Below are positions 35,042 through 44,166 of a DNA stretch of 64,000 nt, piece by piece. The DNA is from Candidatus Nomurabacteria bacterium. GTDB taxonomy: Bacteria > Patescibacteriota > Minisyncoccia > Phycocordibacterales > UBA9973. The translations under genes and the position numbers were made by a program. Position 1 is the stretch's first letter, and every line of letters starts with the position of its first letter. Below the pieces are notes generated by a model. That model did not search any database. It was not told where the DNA came from and saw only the letters and a program-made list of their open reading frames with translations. The stretch spans positions 1,467 to 65,466 of the forward strand of contig CALQYS010000001.1 of assembly GCA_943348755.1 (NCBI GenBank). Direction: 5' to 3'.

Positions 35042-36544
35042 ATGCCCAAGCCTAATCGAGTGCAAATAATCAAATACGGACCGCCGCCGCCAGAATTGCC
35101 CGTCTTTGGCAAGGTAAAACCAGAAGAGGTTTCTTTCATTGGGCGTACCAACTATGTGGCTTCTCTTGAGGAGAAGAAATTTATTTTCGGTATTAAACGT
35201 GTAGATCGTAGGCGTCACCTTTACATCATTGGCAAGTCCGGGGTGGGAAAAACGAAACTACTTGAACTGATGCTTCGCCAAGACGTGGCTTATGGTCACG
35301 GACTCTGCTTGATTGATCCGCATGGAGATGTGATCGATGCGATGCTAGATTATATACCAAAAGAAAGAATCGAAGATGTTTGCATCATAGACCCTACCGA
35401 CATTAACTTTCCTTCCTCTTTTAATCCACTTGCAAATGTGGACCCGATGTTCAAGTTTCAGTTGACCCAAGGCCTTATCGAAGTTTTCCAGAAGCAATTC
35501 GGCGCCAACTGGACGCCTCGCTTGGAGCACGTTTTTCGTTTTACTTGTTTGGCGCTGCTCGACTATCCGCATGCGACGATGCGTGGGATGATCTCGATGC
35601 TGACAGATAGAAATTATAGACAGAAAGTGGTGGAATATATAACAGATGACATGGTGAAAAGATTCTTCGCTATTGAATTTGCCGACTGGTCCGAAAAGTT
35701 CGATACTGATGCCATCATTCCACTGGTGAACAAACTCGGACAGTTCTTGTCCGACCCCTTACTCCGTAACATTTTCGGTCAGAAGCAGAACAAAATAGAC
35801 ATCAGTAAACTTATGAACGAACAGAAGATAATTTTGATCAACCTTTCGAAGGGTCGTCTCGGGGAAGAAAATTCTTCTTTCTTGGGTTCTATATTCTTAA
35901 CCAAAATAAAACAAGCAGGGATGGAACGTGCCGCTATACCTGAGAAAGATCGGTTAGACTTTTACCTATATGTAGATGAGTTTCAGAACGTTGTTACGCA
36001 GACTTTCGAGAACATCCTTTCAGAAGCCAGAAAATATGCCTTGAATTTGACTATCGCGCATCAGTATGTCGGTCAGATTATTCCCAGGGTTCATCAAGCG
36101 GTGCTAGGTAATTGCGGTAGTGTTATCACCTTTCGTGTTGGTGGTGAAGATGCAGTTAAAATGAAACCAGAGTTCGCCCCTCTTTTCGATGTAAAAGACA
36201 TGATAAATCTTGCAGTCGGGGAAATATATGTAAAAATGACCATTGATGGCGAGTCTTATGACCCCTTTTCAGCTGAAACTCTCCGGGTTCTTCCTCCGAC
36301 TCATCCATCATATAGAGAAGAAATCATTGATTCTTCTCGTCGAAAATATTCTATACCAAAGGACGATGCGGCGAAACTGATTGCTGCAGAAGAGGCGACC
36401 ATTATCCGCAGTGCGGAAGAAAAGGCTATTATTGAGGGAAAAACAAAGAAGAGAGACCAAGAGGAAAACGAATCTGATGATCAAGAAGATGGGGAAGAAA
36501 AACCAAAAGCAAAAACTTCACAAGAAGCTGAGCCTATGATTTAG
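35042..36544 (+). CDS. FtsK/HerA-superfamily P-loop ATPase (DUF87/HerA- or TraD-like), paralog of ATPase 1, acidic C-terminal tail (ATPase 2)
   Basis: FGIKRVDRRRHLYIIGKSGVGKT, IDPHGD, DFYLYVDEFQNV, LNLTIAHQY; promoter TTGAGT-N17-TAAAAT upstream. Confidence 0.75.
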   Translation: MPKPNRVQIIKYGPPPPELPVFGKVKPEEVSFIGRTNYVASLEEKKFIFGIKRVDRRRHLYIIGKSGVGKTKLLELMLRQDVAYGHGLCLIDPHGDVIDAMLDYIPKERIEDVCIIDPTDINFPSSFNPLANVDPMFKFQLTQGLIEVFQKQFGANWTPRLEHVFRFTCLALLDYPHATMRGMISMLTDRNYRQKVVEYITDDMVKRFFAIEFADWSEKFDTDAIIPLVNKLGQFLSDPLLRNIFGQKQNKIDISKLMNEQKIILINLSKGRLGEENSSFLGSIFLTKIKQAGMERAAIPEKDRLDFYLYVDEFQNVVTQTFENILSEARKYALNLTIAHQYVGQIIPRVHQAVLGNCGSVITFRVGGEDAVKMKPEFAPLFDVKDMINLAVGEIYVKMTIDGESYDPFSAETLRVLPPTHPSYREEIIDSSRRKYSIPKDDAAKLIAAEEATIIRSAEEKAIIEGKTKKRDQEENESDDQEDGEEKPKAKTSQEAEPMI

Positions 36545-36566
36545 GTGGTTTACGTAATAAAAAAAT

Positions 36567-37445
36567 ATGAAAGTTGCAGTTATTGGACCGGTTGTAAAAG
36601 ACATCGTAACAATTGATGGTGTATCAGAAAAATACATTGGGGGAATTCCATATTATGAATCACGTGTTTTGCGAGCTCTTGGTGCTGAAGTTGCAGCCTT
36701 TGTAACTTATGCCAAGGACGACAAACAGTTGGTTGAAAAAAATTTTAAGGGTGTAGAGATACATCCAATATATACTGAAACAACTCTTGTTCACGAGCTT
36801 ATATATTCCAGCAAGAATCCAGATGTAAGAAAAATAATTATTCATGAATATAGTCCAAATATTTTTTCCACAGGTAAGAAATTAATAAATACACTTGAAG
36901 GATTTGATTATATAATTTTGGGACCATTATATTTTGAAAATGTTCCTTATGAATTTTTTGAACAGATGAAGGGTTCCAATTTGGTCCTAGGGAATTACGG
37001 ACTTTTTACTTATAATATAAAAGGTATCCAAGTTAGAAAGAATCCAGAAAATCTTGCGAATATAGCTCAATTCTTAAAATTATTATTCCTTGATGAAGAC
37101 GAAATAAAATTTGCTGCTCAGAAAGAGACCATAGAAGATTCTGCAAATCACTTTTTAAAACTTGGTGTGGGCTGTGTGGTGGTGACTAAGGGTTCAAAGG
37201 GTTCTGAAATTTTTACAAAAGACAATAAATATTCTATACCAGCTTTTATTCCTCAAAAGATAGTTGATCCGACTGGCGCTGGTGACACTTATCTTTCCGC
37301 TTTTATTTATTCTGAGAAATTATTTAACGATATTCAGAAAAGAGGAGAATTTGCTGCAATGGCTGCTACAATAGTAATTGAGAAAAAAGGTGCATTTAAT
37401 GGGAGCACAGAAGAAATAATGGATAGACTGAAAAAACAGAAATAA
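36567..37445 (+). CDS. PfkB-family carbohydrate/nucleoside kinase (ribokinase-like)
   Basis: C-terminal DPTGAGDTY anion-hole motif; 292 aa. Confidence 0.75.
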   Translation: MKVAVIGPVVKDIVTIDGVSEKYIGGIPYYESRVLRALGAEVAAFVTYAKDDKQLVEKNFKGVEIHPIYTETTLVHELIYSSKNPDVRKIIIHEYSPNIFSTGKKLINTLEGFDYIILGPLYFENVPYEFFEQMKGSNLVLGNYGLFTYNIKGIQVRKNPENLANIAQFLKLLFLDEDEIKFAAQKETIEDSANHFLKLGVGCVVVTKGSKGSEIFTKDNKYSIPAFIPQKIVDPTGAGDTYLSAFIYSEKLFNDIQKRGEFAAMAATIVIEKKGAFNGSTEEIMDRLKKQK

Positions 37446-37472
37446 ATCACTGATTCCTATGCTTTCTTATTC

Positions 37473-37500
37473 TTGACCAAAATCTATCACCGGGTATAAT
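37473..37500 (+). promoter_or_regulatory. Promoter TTGACC-N16-TATAAT 8 nt upstream of the dnaJ ATG
   Basis: -35 at 37473-37478, -10 at 37495-37500. Confidence 0.4.
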
Positions 37501-37508
37501 GAAATTAT

Positions 37509-38594
37509 ATGGCAAAAGATTACTATGAAACATTGGGTGTAAATAAGGGTGCGTCGAAAGACGAGATAAAAAAGGCTTTTTATAAGCTGGCGCACAAATA
37601 TCATCCTGACAAAAAAGAGGGCGATGAGAAGAAGTTTAAGCAGGTCAACGAAGCTTATCAGGTGCTTTCTGACGATGCTAAACGTTCAAAATATGACCAA
37701 TACGGCTCTCAGTTTGAAAATATGGGAGCTGGAGGCTTTGGCGGCTCACAACAAGGGTTTGGGGGTTTTGATTTCAGTGGTTTTCAGAACGGCAGCGCAG
37801 AGTTTGATTTTGGTAATTTGAATGACATTTTTAGTGACTTCTTCGGGGGTGGAGGCAGTAGGGCGGAGGCAAGACGTGGCCGAGATATTTCAACCGAAGT
37901 TCAAATTTCTTTTCAAGATTCTATTTTTGGCACTGATAGGAAAATTTTGATCACCAAGACTTCTAGTTGTCTCACATGCCAAGGCTCGGGAGCAAAAAAG
38001 GGTTCGGGGATGATGACGTGTAAAACCTGCAATGGTCAGGGTCACATTCGTGAGTCTAAAAGGACAATTTTCGGAAACATTGCGAATACAAAAATTTGCG
38101 AAACATGTCTAGGTACCGGCGAAGTGCCAAAGGAAATCTGCGAGACATGCAAGGGTAAAGGAGTGCTACGCCGTGAAGAAGAAGTCTCGATCGTTATCCC
38201 GTCTGGTATTCGAGACGGAGAGATAGTGCGTATGACAGGTTATGGAGAAGCGGTTTCTAAAGGCACGACTGGGGACCTTTATATAAAAATAAATGTAGCT
38301 CCGCATGCAGTGTTCAAACGGGATGGTCATGACCTCGTAATGAATTTGAATTTGAAGCTCTCTGAGGCTCTACTTGGTACAGAATACACTATCCAGACTC
38401 TTGATGGAGAAATAAAGGTTACCATTCCGGAAGGCGTAGGCATCAACGAAGTCCTCCGCGTGCGGGGCAAGGGCGTGCCGACTTCCAAAAGCAAGCGTGG
38501 GGACCTCTTGATCAAGCTCAACATCAAAATGCCTGCAAAAATTTCCCGCAAGTCTCGCGAACTCATCGAAGAACTCAAAAAAGAGGGGATATAA
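37509..38594 (+). CDS. dnaJ: Molecular chaperone DnaJ
   Basis: J-domain HPD (KYHPDKK), G/F-rich region, four CxxCxGxG repeats, C-terminal domain. Confidence 0.93.
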   Translation: MAKDYYETLGVNKGASKDEIKKAFYKLAHKYHPDKKEGDEKKFKQVNEAYQVLSDDAKRSKYDQYGSQFENMGAGGFGGSQQGFGGFDFSGFQNGSAEFDFGNLNDIFSDFFGGGGSRAEARRGRDISTEVQISFQDSIFGTDRKILITKTSSCLTCQGSGAKKGSGMMTCKTCNGQGHIRESKRTIFGNIANTKICETCLGTGEVPKEICETCKGKGVLRREEEVSIVIPSGIRDGEIVRMTGYGEAVSKGTTGDLYIKINVAPHAVFKRDGHDLVMNLNLKLSEALLGTEYTIQTLDGEIKVTIPEGVGINEVLRVRGKGVPTSKSKRGDLLIKLNIKMPAKISRKSRELIEELKKEGI

Positions 38595-38598
38595 TAAA

Positions 38599-39201
38599 AT
38601 GCCCCCTGAAGAAATTATCTTTTTAGGATTAGTCTTCTACGCAGTAGGCTATTATTCTTATCTAAGAGATATGTTTCTTGGAAATACCAAGCCCAATCTT
38701 GTATCTTGGTTTATATGGATGTTGGCTCCCCTCATTGCTACCTTTTTTGCCTTAAAAGCTGGAGCTGGACTTTCTGTCATACCGGTATTTGCGGGAGGTG
38801 TCGGCCCGATGATCGTTCTTTCTGTTTCTCTATTGCGTAAAAATGTTTCTTGGAAAATAACTCAAATTGACTTAATCTGCGGTGCAATGTCTCTACTTGC
38901 TTTGTCTTTGTATGTAACTACTCACAATCTTTCTATCTCGATTGTTTTTGCCATCTTAAGTGATGCGCTTGCTTTTATTCCAACCTTCCGTAAATCTTGG
39001 AGTCATCCAGAATCAGAAACAGGACTACTTTACATGGCTTCTGCGGTGGTTAATATTACGGGAGTGTTTGTTATCAAAAATTGGTCTTTTCCTATATATT
39101 CTTTCGGTACCTATCTTATAATAGCCAACATTGTTCAACTTTCAATTATGTATCGCAAGAAGATTTTTAAAACCGTGCAAGACGTAAAAATTGACAATTA
39201 A
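38599..39201 (+). CDS. Hypothetical polytopic membrane protein (~6 TM)
   Basis: Multiple hydrophobic segments; starts 2 nt after dnaJ. Confidence 0.5.
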   Translation: MPPEEIIFLGLVFYAVGYYSYLRDMFLGNTKPNLVSWFIWMLAPLIATFFALKAGAGLSVIPVFAGGVGPMIVLSVSLLRKNVSWKITQIDLICGAMSLLALSLYVTTHNLSISIVFAILSDALAFIPTFRKSWSHPESETGLLYMASAVVNITGVFVIKNWSFPIYSFGTYLIIANIVQLSIMYRKKIFKTVQDVKIDN

Positions 39202-39219
39202 AATCGTTGATGTAATATG
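39191..39219 (+). promoter_or_regulatory. Promoter TTGACA-N16/17-TAATAT at the start of a highly structured ~220-nt intergenic region
   Basis: Consensus -35 at 39191-39196; see the corresponding finding. Confidence 0.35.
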
Positions 39220-39443
39220 AAGGTATGAAAAGTTTTTCGGTTAGCCGAATAGTTCCCCCTACTACCAAGCCCTAAAGCGAGGTAGATTTTGTGTTTGTTA
39301 AAACTCTCACACGGACTGCCTCATCAGGGCGGTTTTTTGTTTCTCCCTGATGAAAGTTTATATATACGTGGATTCTCATTAGGGCAAAACATGTCCTAAC
39401 GCGTTAGGTGCGCGTTGCACCTTGAAAACAGAATAAGGATAGT

Positions 39444-39629
39444 ATGAAAGACACAGAATTAGATAAATTAATCGGTGAATACACTGCTCATGTGCGTAGC
39501 CTAAAGATTCAGTTGAGTCCAGAAAAAAAAGCAAAAAGGGAGAAGCAGCTTGCCGTGCTTGAGCTCAAGTTGGATCGAGCTATCGAAGACCAGCAGCAAA
39601 GAGTAGATCGAAGTTATGCCCTTCGCTGA
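39444..39629 (+). CDS. Small hypothetical coiled-coil protein (61 aa)
   Basis: ORF with Lys/Glu heptad-like periodicity; weak support. Confidence 0.3.
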   Translation: MKDTELDKLIGEYTAHVRSLKIQLSPEKKAKREKQLAVLELKLDRAIEDQQQRVDRSYALR

Positions 39630-39734
39630 GTGATCCACGAAGAGGCTAACTTATCAAAAAACCAGTACATCCGAAAGGAAAAAATGTATTGGTTTTTATT
39701 TTTGTGGTATATTACCTTTAAGTTAAAAAATTAT

Positions 39735-40070
39735 ATGGCAACGATAGAAGACTTTCAAAAATTAGATATCAGAGTGGGGAAGATCATTGAAGTAAATGAT
39801 TTTCCTGAAGCCAGGAAGCCTGCGTATAAGTTAAAGATAGATTTTGGTCCAGAAATTGGAATCAAGAATTCTTCAGTGCAGATTGTAGCTTTGTATACCA
39901 AAGAAGAATTAATGGGGAAACTTGTTTTGGGTGTGGTAAATTTTCCACCTAGAAAAATAGGACCATTTGAATCAGAAGTTTTGACGCTGGGTGTCCCTAA
40001 CGATGAGGGTAAGGTTATACTTATTAGACCTGACAAGAATAGCCCAACTCTGGGAGGGAAGTTGTTTTGA
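39735..40070 (+). CDS. csaA: tRNA-binding protein (CsaA/Trbp111, EMAP/Myf OB-fold domain)
   Basis: FQKLDIRVGKIIEV...VQIVALYTKEEL.GKLVLGVVNFPPRKIG; start at the internal ATG at 39735. Confidence 0.75.
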   Translation: MATIEDFQKLDIRVGKIIEVNDFPEARKPAYKLKIDFGPEIGIKNSSVQIVALYTKEELMGKLVLGVVNFPPRKIGPFESEVLTLGVPNDEGKVILIRPDKNSPTLGGKLF

Positions 40071-40088
40071 GTTTCATTTAAGCAATTT

Positions 40089-40592
40089 ATGACAGAAAAA
40101 ATTTCTACAGCTTCACAAGGGCATGAGGATCCTTTTAAGAAAGAGATTCAGAAGCAGTTGGAAATTGCGAAAAAAGGTATGAGTAGGGGGTGGGGTATTG
40201 AAGAGCTGACTAATATTGAACTTTTCCATTTAAGAAAAATAACTGAAGATTGTGTAAAGCAGTGGGCAGAGGAAGAAGTTCTCCAGAGGGAAGGAAAATT
40301 CCAAGACGCTTGGCGTAATAGAATCCAGCTTCCTCATGAAATAATGCTCAGATGGCTTCATGAGCTCTATGGTATTTCAAAAAATGAGCTCGATATACAT
40401 AGTTCAAACGTGGTATGGGACATGGATGGCAATATAATGCATGAATTCGATCAAGAGGATGACATGGGTCCGGAAAAAAAGTTTGAAGAGTTAAAGGCCA
40501 AAGGACATCACAATGTCGGTCATCTTTTTGTGCCATCTTCTCAATTCAAAGAATACATAAGAAGGTTGAGGCATAAGGCTCATATGCCTTAA
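40089..40592 (+). CDS. Hypothetical protein (167 aa)
   Basis: ORF with typical composition; no recognisable motif. Confidence 0.4.
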   Translation: MTEKISTASQGHEDPFKKEIQKQLEIAKKGMSRGWGIEELTNIELFHLRKITEDCVKQWAEEEVLQREGKFQDAWRNRIQLPHEIMLRWLHELYGISKNELDIHSSNVVWDMDGNIMHEFDQEDDMGPEKKFEELKAKGHHNVGHLFVPSSQFKEYIRRLRHKAHMP

Positions 40593-40594
40593 GC

Positions 40595-41950
40595 TCAAAT
40601 TCTTGAAACCTTCTGCCCCTCGTTAGTATCTTTAATTTCGTATCCAAGAGAATTTATTTCCTTGCGAAGTTCATCGGACTTTTTGAAATCTTTATCTACG
40701 CGGGCTTTTTCGCGCTCTAAAATGAGGAGTTTTACTTTTTCTGGAACTTTCTCTTCTTTTAGTTTATCAAACCCAAGTCCGAGCACTTGATCAAAGTCTA
40801 AGACGGTGGCTTTTTTATCAGCATTAGAAATTTTTTCATCTTTGAGCAGATCCCAGAGGACGACTAAAGCTCGAGGAGTATCCAGATCATCTTCAACGAA
40901 TGTTCTGAATTTATTTTGATATTCTGTATTTACTTTACCTATTTTCTCGCCTAGCTCTGTGTACAGGTGATAAAGGCGTTTGAGGGCCACCTCTGCGCCC
41001 CCTAAGGCTTCCCAGACGAAGTTTACTCGAGTACGGTAGTTTGCCATTAAAAGCCAGAATCTATAGGCTATGGGGTTTATATCCTTATCTGTAAGGTCTC
41101 GAAGCGTATAGAAATTCTTATCAGATTTAGCCATCTTTTTTTGATCCACCAGCACCCATTCATTGTGCATCCAATATTTCACAAAGGGCTTACCAGTGGC
41201 ACCTTCGGACTGGGCAATTTCATTTTCGTGATGCGGAAAAATATTGTCCACGCCACCGGTGTGGATGTCTATCTGTTCGCCGAGAGTCGCCATGGACATA
41301 GCCGAACATTCGATGTGCCAGCCAGGACGGCCTTTGCCGAGAGAGGTCTCCCAGAACACATCGCCATCTTTTTCATCCCACGCTTTCCAGAGAGCGAAAT
41401 CATGCACGTCGTCCTTACCATATTCATCCTTTTTTATCCTGCCGGAAGCATTTTCTTTCTGGTTTTCTATGACTAAGTGTGAAAGTTTCCCATAATTTGA
41501 GAATTTTTTAATATTAAAATAAACTGAACCATCTTCACTTTTATATGCTAGGCCATTTTTTAGTAACTTTTTAATAACATCTACCATCTCATCTATATAG
41601 TCAGTGGCCTTGGTGAATTTTTTCGGTGGCAGGATATTAAGAGATTTGATGTCTTTATAAAATTCCTCTGTGTAGAATTCTGTAAATTCTTTTAGCGTTT
41701 TTCCTTCTTTCTGTGAATCACGAATCGTTTTATCATCGATGTCCGTCAGGTTCATGATGTGTTTCACTTTGTACCCTCCGTATGAGAGTACTCGCTTTAG
41801 GGTGTCAGCGAAAATATAAGCTCGGTAATTTCCAATATGTGGATAGTTGTATACGGTCGGTCCGCAGCTATAAAATAAAACCTCCTTTTTACCAATGGGT
41901 GAGAAGTCTTCTTTTGCACGCGATAGGGTATTGTAAAATTTTAAAGCCAT
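40595..41950 (-). CDS. cysS: Cysteinyl-tRNA synthetase
   Basis: HIGN (CGPTVYNYPHIGN), KMSKS-like KMAKS, Zn-binding Cys. Confidence 0.93.
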   Translation of the reverse strand: MALKFYNTLSRAKEDFSPIGKKEVLFYSCGPTVYNYPHIGNYRAYIFADTLKRVLSYGGYKVKHIMNLTDIDDKTIRDSQKEGKTLKEFTEFYTEEFYKDIKSLNILPPKKFTKATDYIDEMVDVIKKLLKNGLAYKSEDGSVYFNIKKFSNYGKLSHLVIENQKENASGRIKKDEYGKDDVHDFALWKAWDEKDGDVFWETSLGKGRPGWHIECSAMSMATLGEQIDIHTGGVDNIFPHHENEIAQSEGATGKPFVKYWMHNEWVLVDQKKMAKSDKNFYTLRDLTDKDINPIAYRFWLLMANYRTRVNFVWEALGGAEVALKRLYHLYTELGEKIGKVNTEYQNKFRTFVEDDLDTPRALVVLWDLLKDEKISNADKKATVLDFDQVLGLGFDKLKEEKVPEKVKLLILEREKARVDKDFKKSDELRKEINSLGYEIKDTNEGQKVSRI

Positions 41951-41953
41951 ATT

Positions 41954-42961
41954 TTACTTGAAGTCATTTTTATAGATTGCTACCAGGGCATAAAGCAAAC
42001 TTATCGTTAGTGGTCCTAATAAAATACCAACAGGGCCAAAGAGGGAAATCCCACCGAGTATAGAAAAGAGAACTAATATCGGGGATATGTGCATTCCCTT
42101 ACTGACCATAAAAGGTCTTAAATAACTATCCAGTATTCCTAATACAACTATTGCCCAAATAAAAAGACCCACAGCGTATGCAACGTGTCCTCCTGCTAAA
42201 AGGAAAACAATTGCCGGAATCGAGACTAAGGTTGCTCCAATTGGTGGAATAAGTGAGCATATACCTGCTATTACGCCAAAGAGCGCTGCATTTGGTATAT
42301 AGAAAACCCAAAGTCCCAATCCAACAAATATTCCCTGAAAGAGAGCTACCAAAAGAGATCCTTTTATGACTCCATTTATTGAATTAACAAGATTGGCAAT
42401 TATTTTTTCATCCTTTTCATCACCTAGGGGGCTAATTCGGAGGATTAATTTTTTGAATTTTGTTTCGTTTTTCAAAAAATAGAAAATAATTAGGAGCATT
42501 AATATAAATGAAAAGAAAGCCGAAAAAGCAGTAGTAAATATCTTAGCTATGTTGTCTGATATATAGGAGATAAGATCAGTTGCTCTGTCATTAATATCAA
42601 AAGTTACACCCGAAGGTAGCACCCTTTCTATTTTAGAATTAATTGCATCCATGAATGGTTTGGCAGTTTTATCAGTTACAACTTTATGATAAACATTTTG
42701 ACTTTGGTTAAAAACCACAGCGCCAATTCCCAACAGAGGGCCACACACTAATATTGTAAAGAGAAGTACGGTAAGAAATGATGACAGGGCGTGGGGTAAT
42801 TTCTTATTAATGAACCATTCATATATAGGATAAAGAACTACGGAAAAAGATAACCCCAATACCAACACTACCCAAAAAGGACGAAAGATAAAAAAAGCCA
42901 AAAAAAAGGTCGAAAATAGAAGTCCAAAGAAAAAATACTTTTCTATTATTTTGGGTTGCAT
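41954..42961 (-). CDS. AI-2E family transporter (PerM/YhhT, UPF0118)
   Basis: 7-8 TM helices; conserved LIPPIGATLVSIPAIVFLL segment. Confidence 0.75.
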   Translation of the reverse strand: MQPKIIEKYFFFGLLFSTFFLAFFIFRPFWVVLVLGLSFSVVLYPIYEWFINKKLPHALSSFLTVLLFTILVCGPLLGIGAVVFNQSQNVYHKVVTDKTAKPFMDAINSKIERVLPSGVTFDINDRATDLISYISDNIAKIFTTAFSAFFSFILMLLIIFYFLKNETKFKKLILRISPLGDEKDEKIIANLVNSINGVIKGSLLVALFQGIFVGLGLWVFYIPNAALFGVIAGICSLIPPIGATLVSIPAIVFLLAGGHVAYAVGLFIWAIVVLGILDSYLRPFMVSKGMHISPILVLFSILGGISLFGPVGILLGPLTISLLYALVAIYKNDFK

Positions 42962-43020
42962 ATGCTGATTATTATAGCAAAAACTTGCCTTTTTGTGAAA
43001 TTTCATATAGTATGAAGCCC

Positions 43021-43338
43021 ATGGAATTCGCAGTAATACAAACAGGTGGCAAGCAATACAAGGTCTCGAAAGGGAGCTTTGTTTCTATTGAGAAAATAAT
43101 AGGTGAGTACAAAAAGGGGGATAAATTATCTTTTGACAAAGTTTTACTCGTAGAGGATGGTAAGAATACGACGATAGGCACTCCTTACATAGATGGAGCC
43201 AAGGTAGAGGGTGAAATCGCAGAAATAGGCCGTACTCGAAAAGTTCTTGTTGTAAAATACAAACAAAAATCTCGATACCTCAGACGCAACGGCCACCGCC
43301 AACCATTCTTCCAGGTAAAGATTACTTCTATAAAATAA
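43021..43338 (+). CDS. rplU: 50S ribosomal protein L21
   Basis: MEFAVIQTGGKQYKV...KVLVVKYKQKSRYLRRNGHRQPFFQVKI. Confidence 0.85.
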   Translation: MEFAVIQTGGKQYKVSKGSFVSIEKIIGEYKKGDKLSFDKVLLVEDGKNTTIGTPYIDGAKVEGEIAEIGRTRKVLVVKYKQKSRYLRRNGHRQPFFQVKITSIK

Positions 43339-43541
43339 TGAGTTCTCAGTTTAAAAAATTTTTACTCTTCTTGGTTTCAATGGTATTAGGTATTCTAACT
43401 TATAATTTGTTGTGTTTATTGTCTAATCCAAACAATGCAGATCTAGGGGCTCCTGGAGTTGCAATGTTTTATGTGAGTATTTCTTTAGTAGGCACATTCA
43501 CTTACTATCATTTTTTAAGAAAAAAATTTTTACCCAATTAG
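43338..43541 (+). CDS. Small hypothetical membrane protein (67 aa, 2 TM)
   Basis: ORF abutting rplU where rpmA would be expected; not L27-like. Confidence 0.3.
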   Translation: MSSQFKKFLLFLVSMVLGILTYNLLCLLSNPNNADLGAPGVAMFYVSISLVGTFTYYHFLRKKFLPN

Positions 43542-43546
43542 TCTAT

Positions 43547-44158
43547 TTATTGCCTATTTTTTAATGCATTTTTGAGGGTGTCGTTGTCTGAATATTCTAG
43601 TTCGGTACCGGTCGATAGACCTTTACCGAGAGAGGAGACTTTGATGCCGGATTTTTGAGCTACGTCTTTTATTTGGTCACGAACGTAGGAGTCTGTATGG
43701 TCACCTTGAGGGCTCAGGGAGAAGGCGAGGATTATTTCTTTTAGATTTTTCCCCGCGGACATCGCTTGTTTTAATTCCTCTATGCGGATTCGACTTTTTG
43801 TATTTTTCTCTACAATGGGTACAAGTCCGCCCAGAATAAAATATCTACCGTTGTACACCCGACTTTTCTTTACAGATTCCAAATCCGAGTCTTTTTCTAC
43901 CACCATTAGTATCGAGGCGTCAGTATTTACATTGTTGCAAATGTCGCATGATTTATCCTTCTTTTGATTCAAGATAAAGAATCGAAAACATTCCTTACAT
44001 TGTGCCACTTCTTTTTTTAAGTCTTTCATTAAGCCAGATAAATTTTCATTATAGGCAGGACTTCGTGACATCAAAAAATAAACAAAGCGTCTAGCTTGTC
44101 TCTCTCCGATACCAGGGAATTCCTTAAAAATTTCTGTCAGTTTATCTATGGTATCCAT
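43547..44158 (-). CDS. recR: Recombination protein RecR
   Basis: HhH N-terminus (EFPGIGERQARRF), C4 zinc finger CKEC..C..C, Toprim domain. Confidence 0.9.
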   Translation of the reverse strand: MDTIDKLTEIFKEFPGIGERQARRFVYFLMSRSPAYNENLSGLMKDLKKEVAQCKECFRFFILNQKKDKSCDICNNVNTDASILMVVEKDSDLESVKKSRVYNGRYFILGGLVPIVEKNTKSRIRIEELKQAMSAGKNLKEIILAFSLSPQGDHTDSYVRDQIKDVAQKSGIKVSSLGKGLSTGTELEYSDNDTLKNALKNRQ

Positions 44159-44166
44159 AAGAATTG

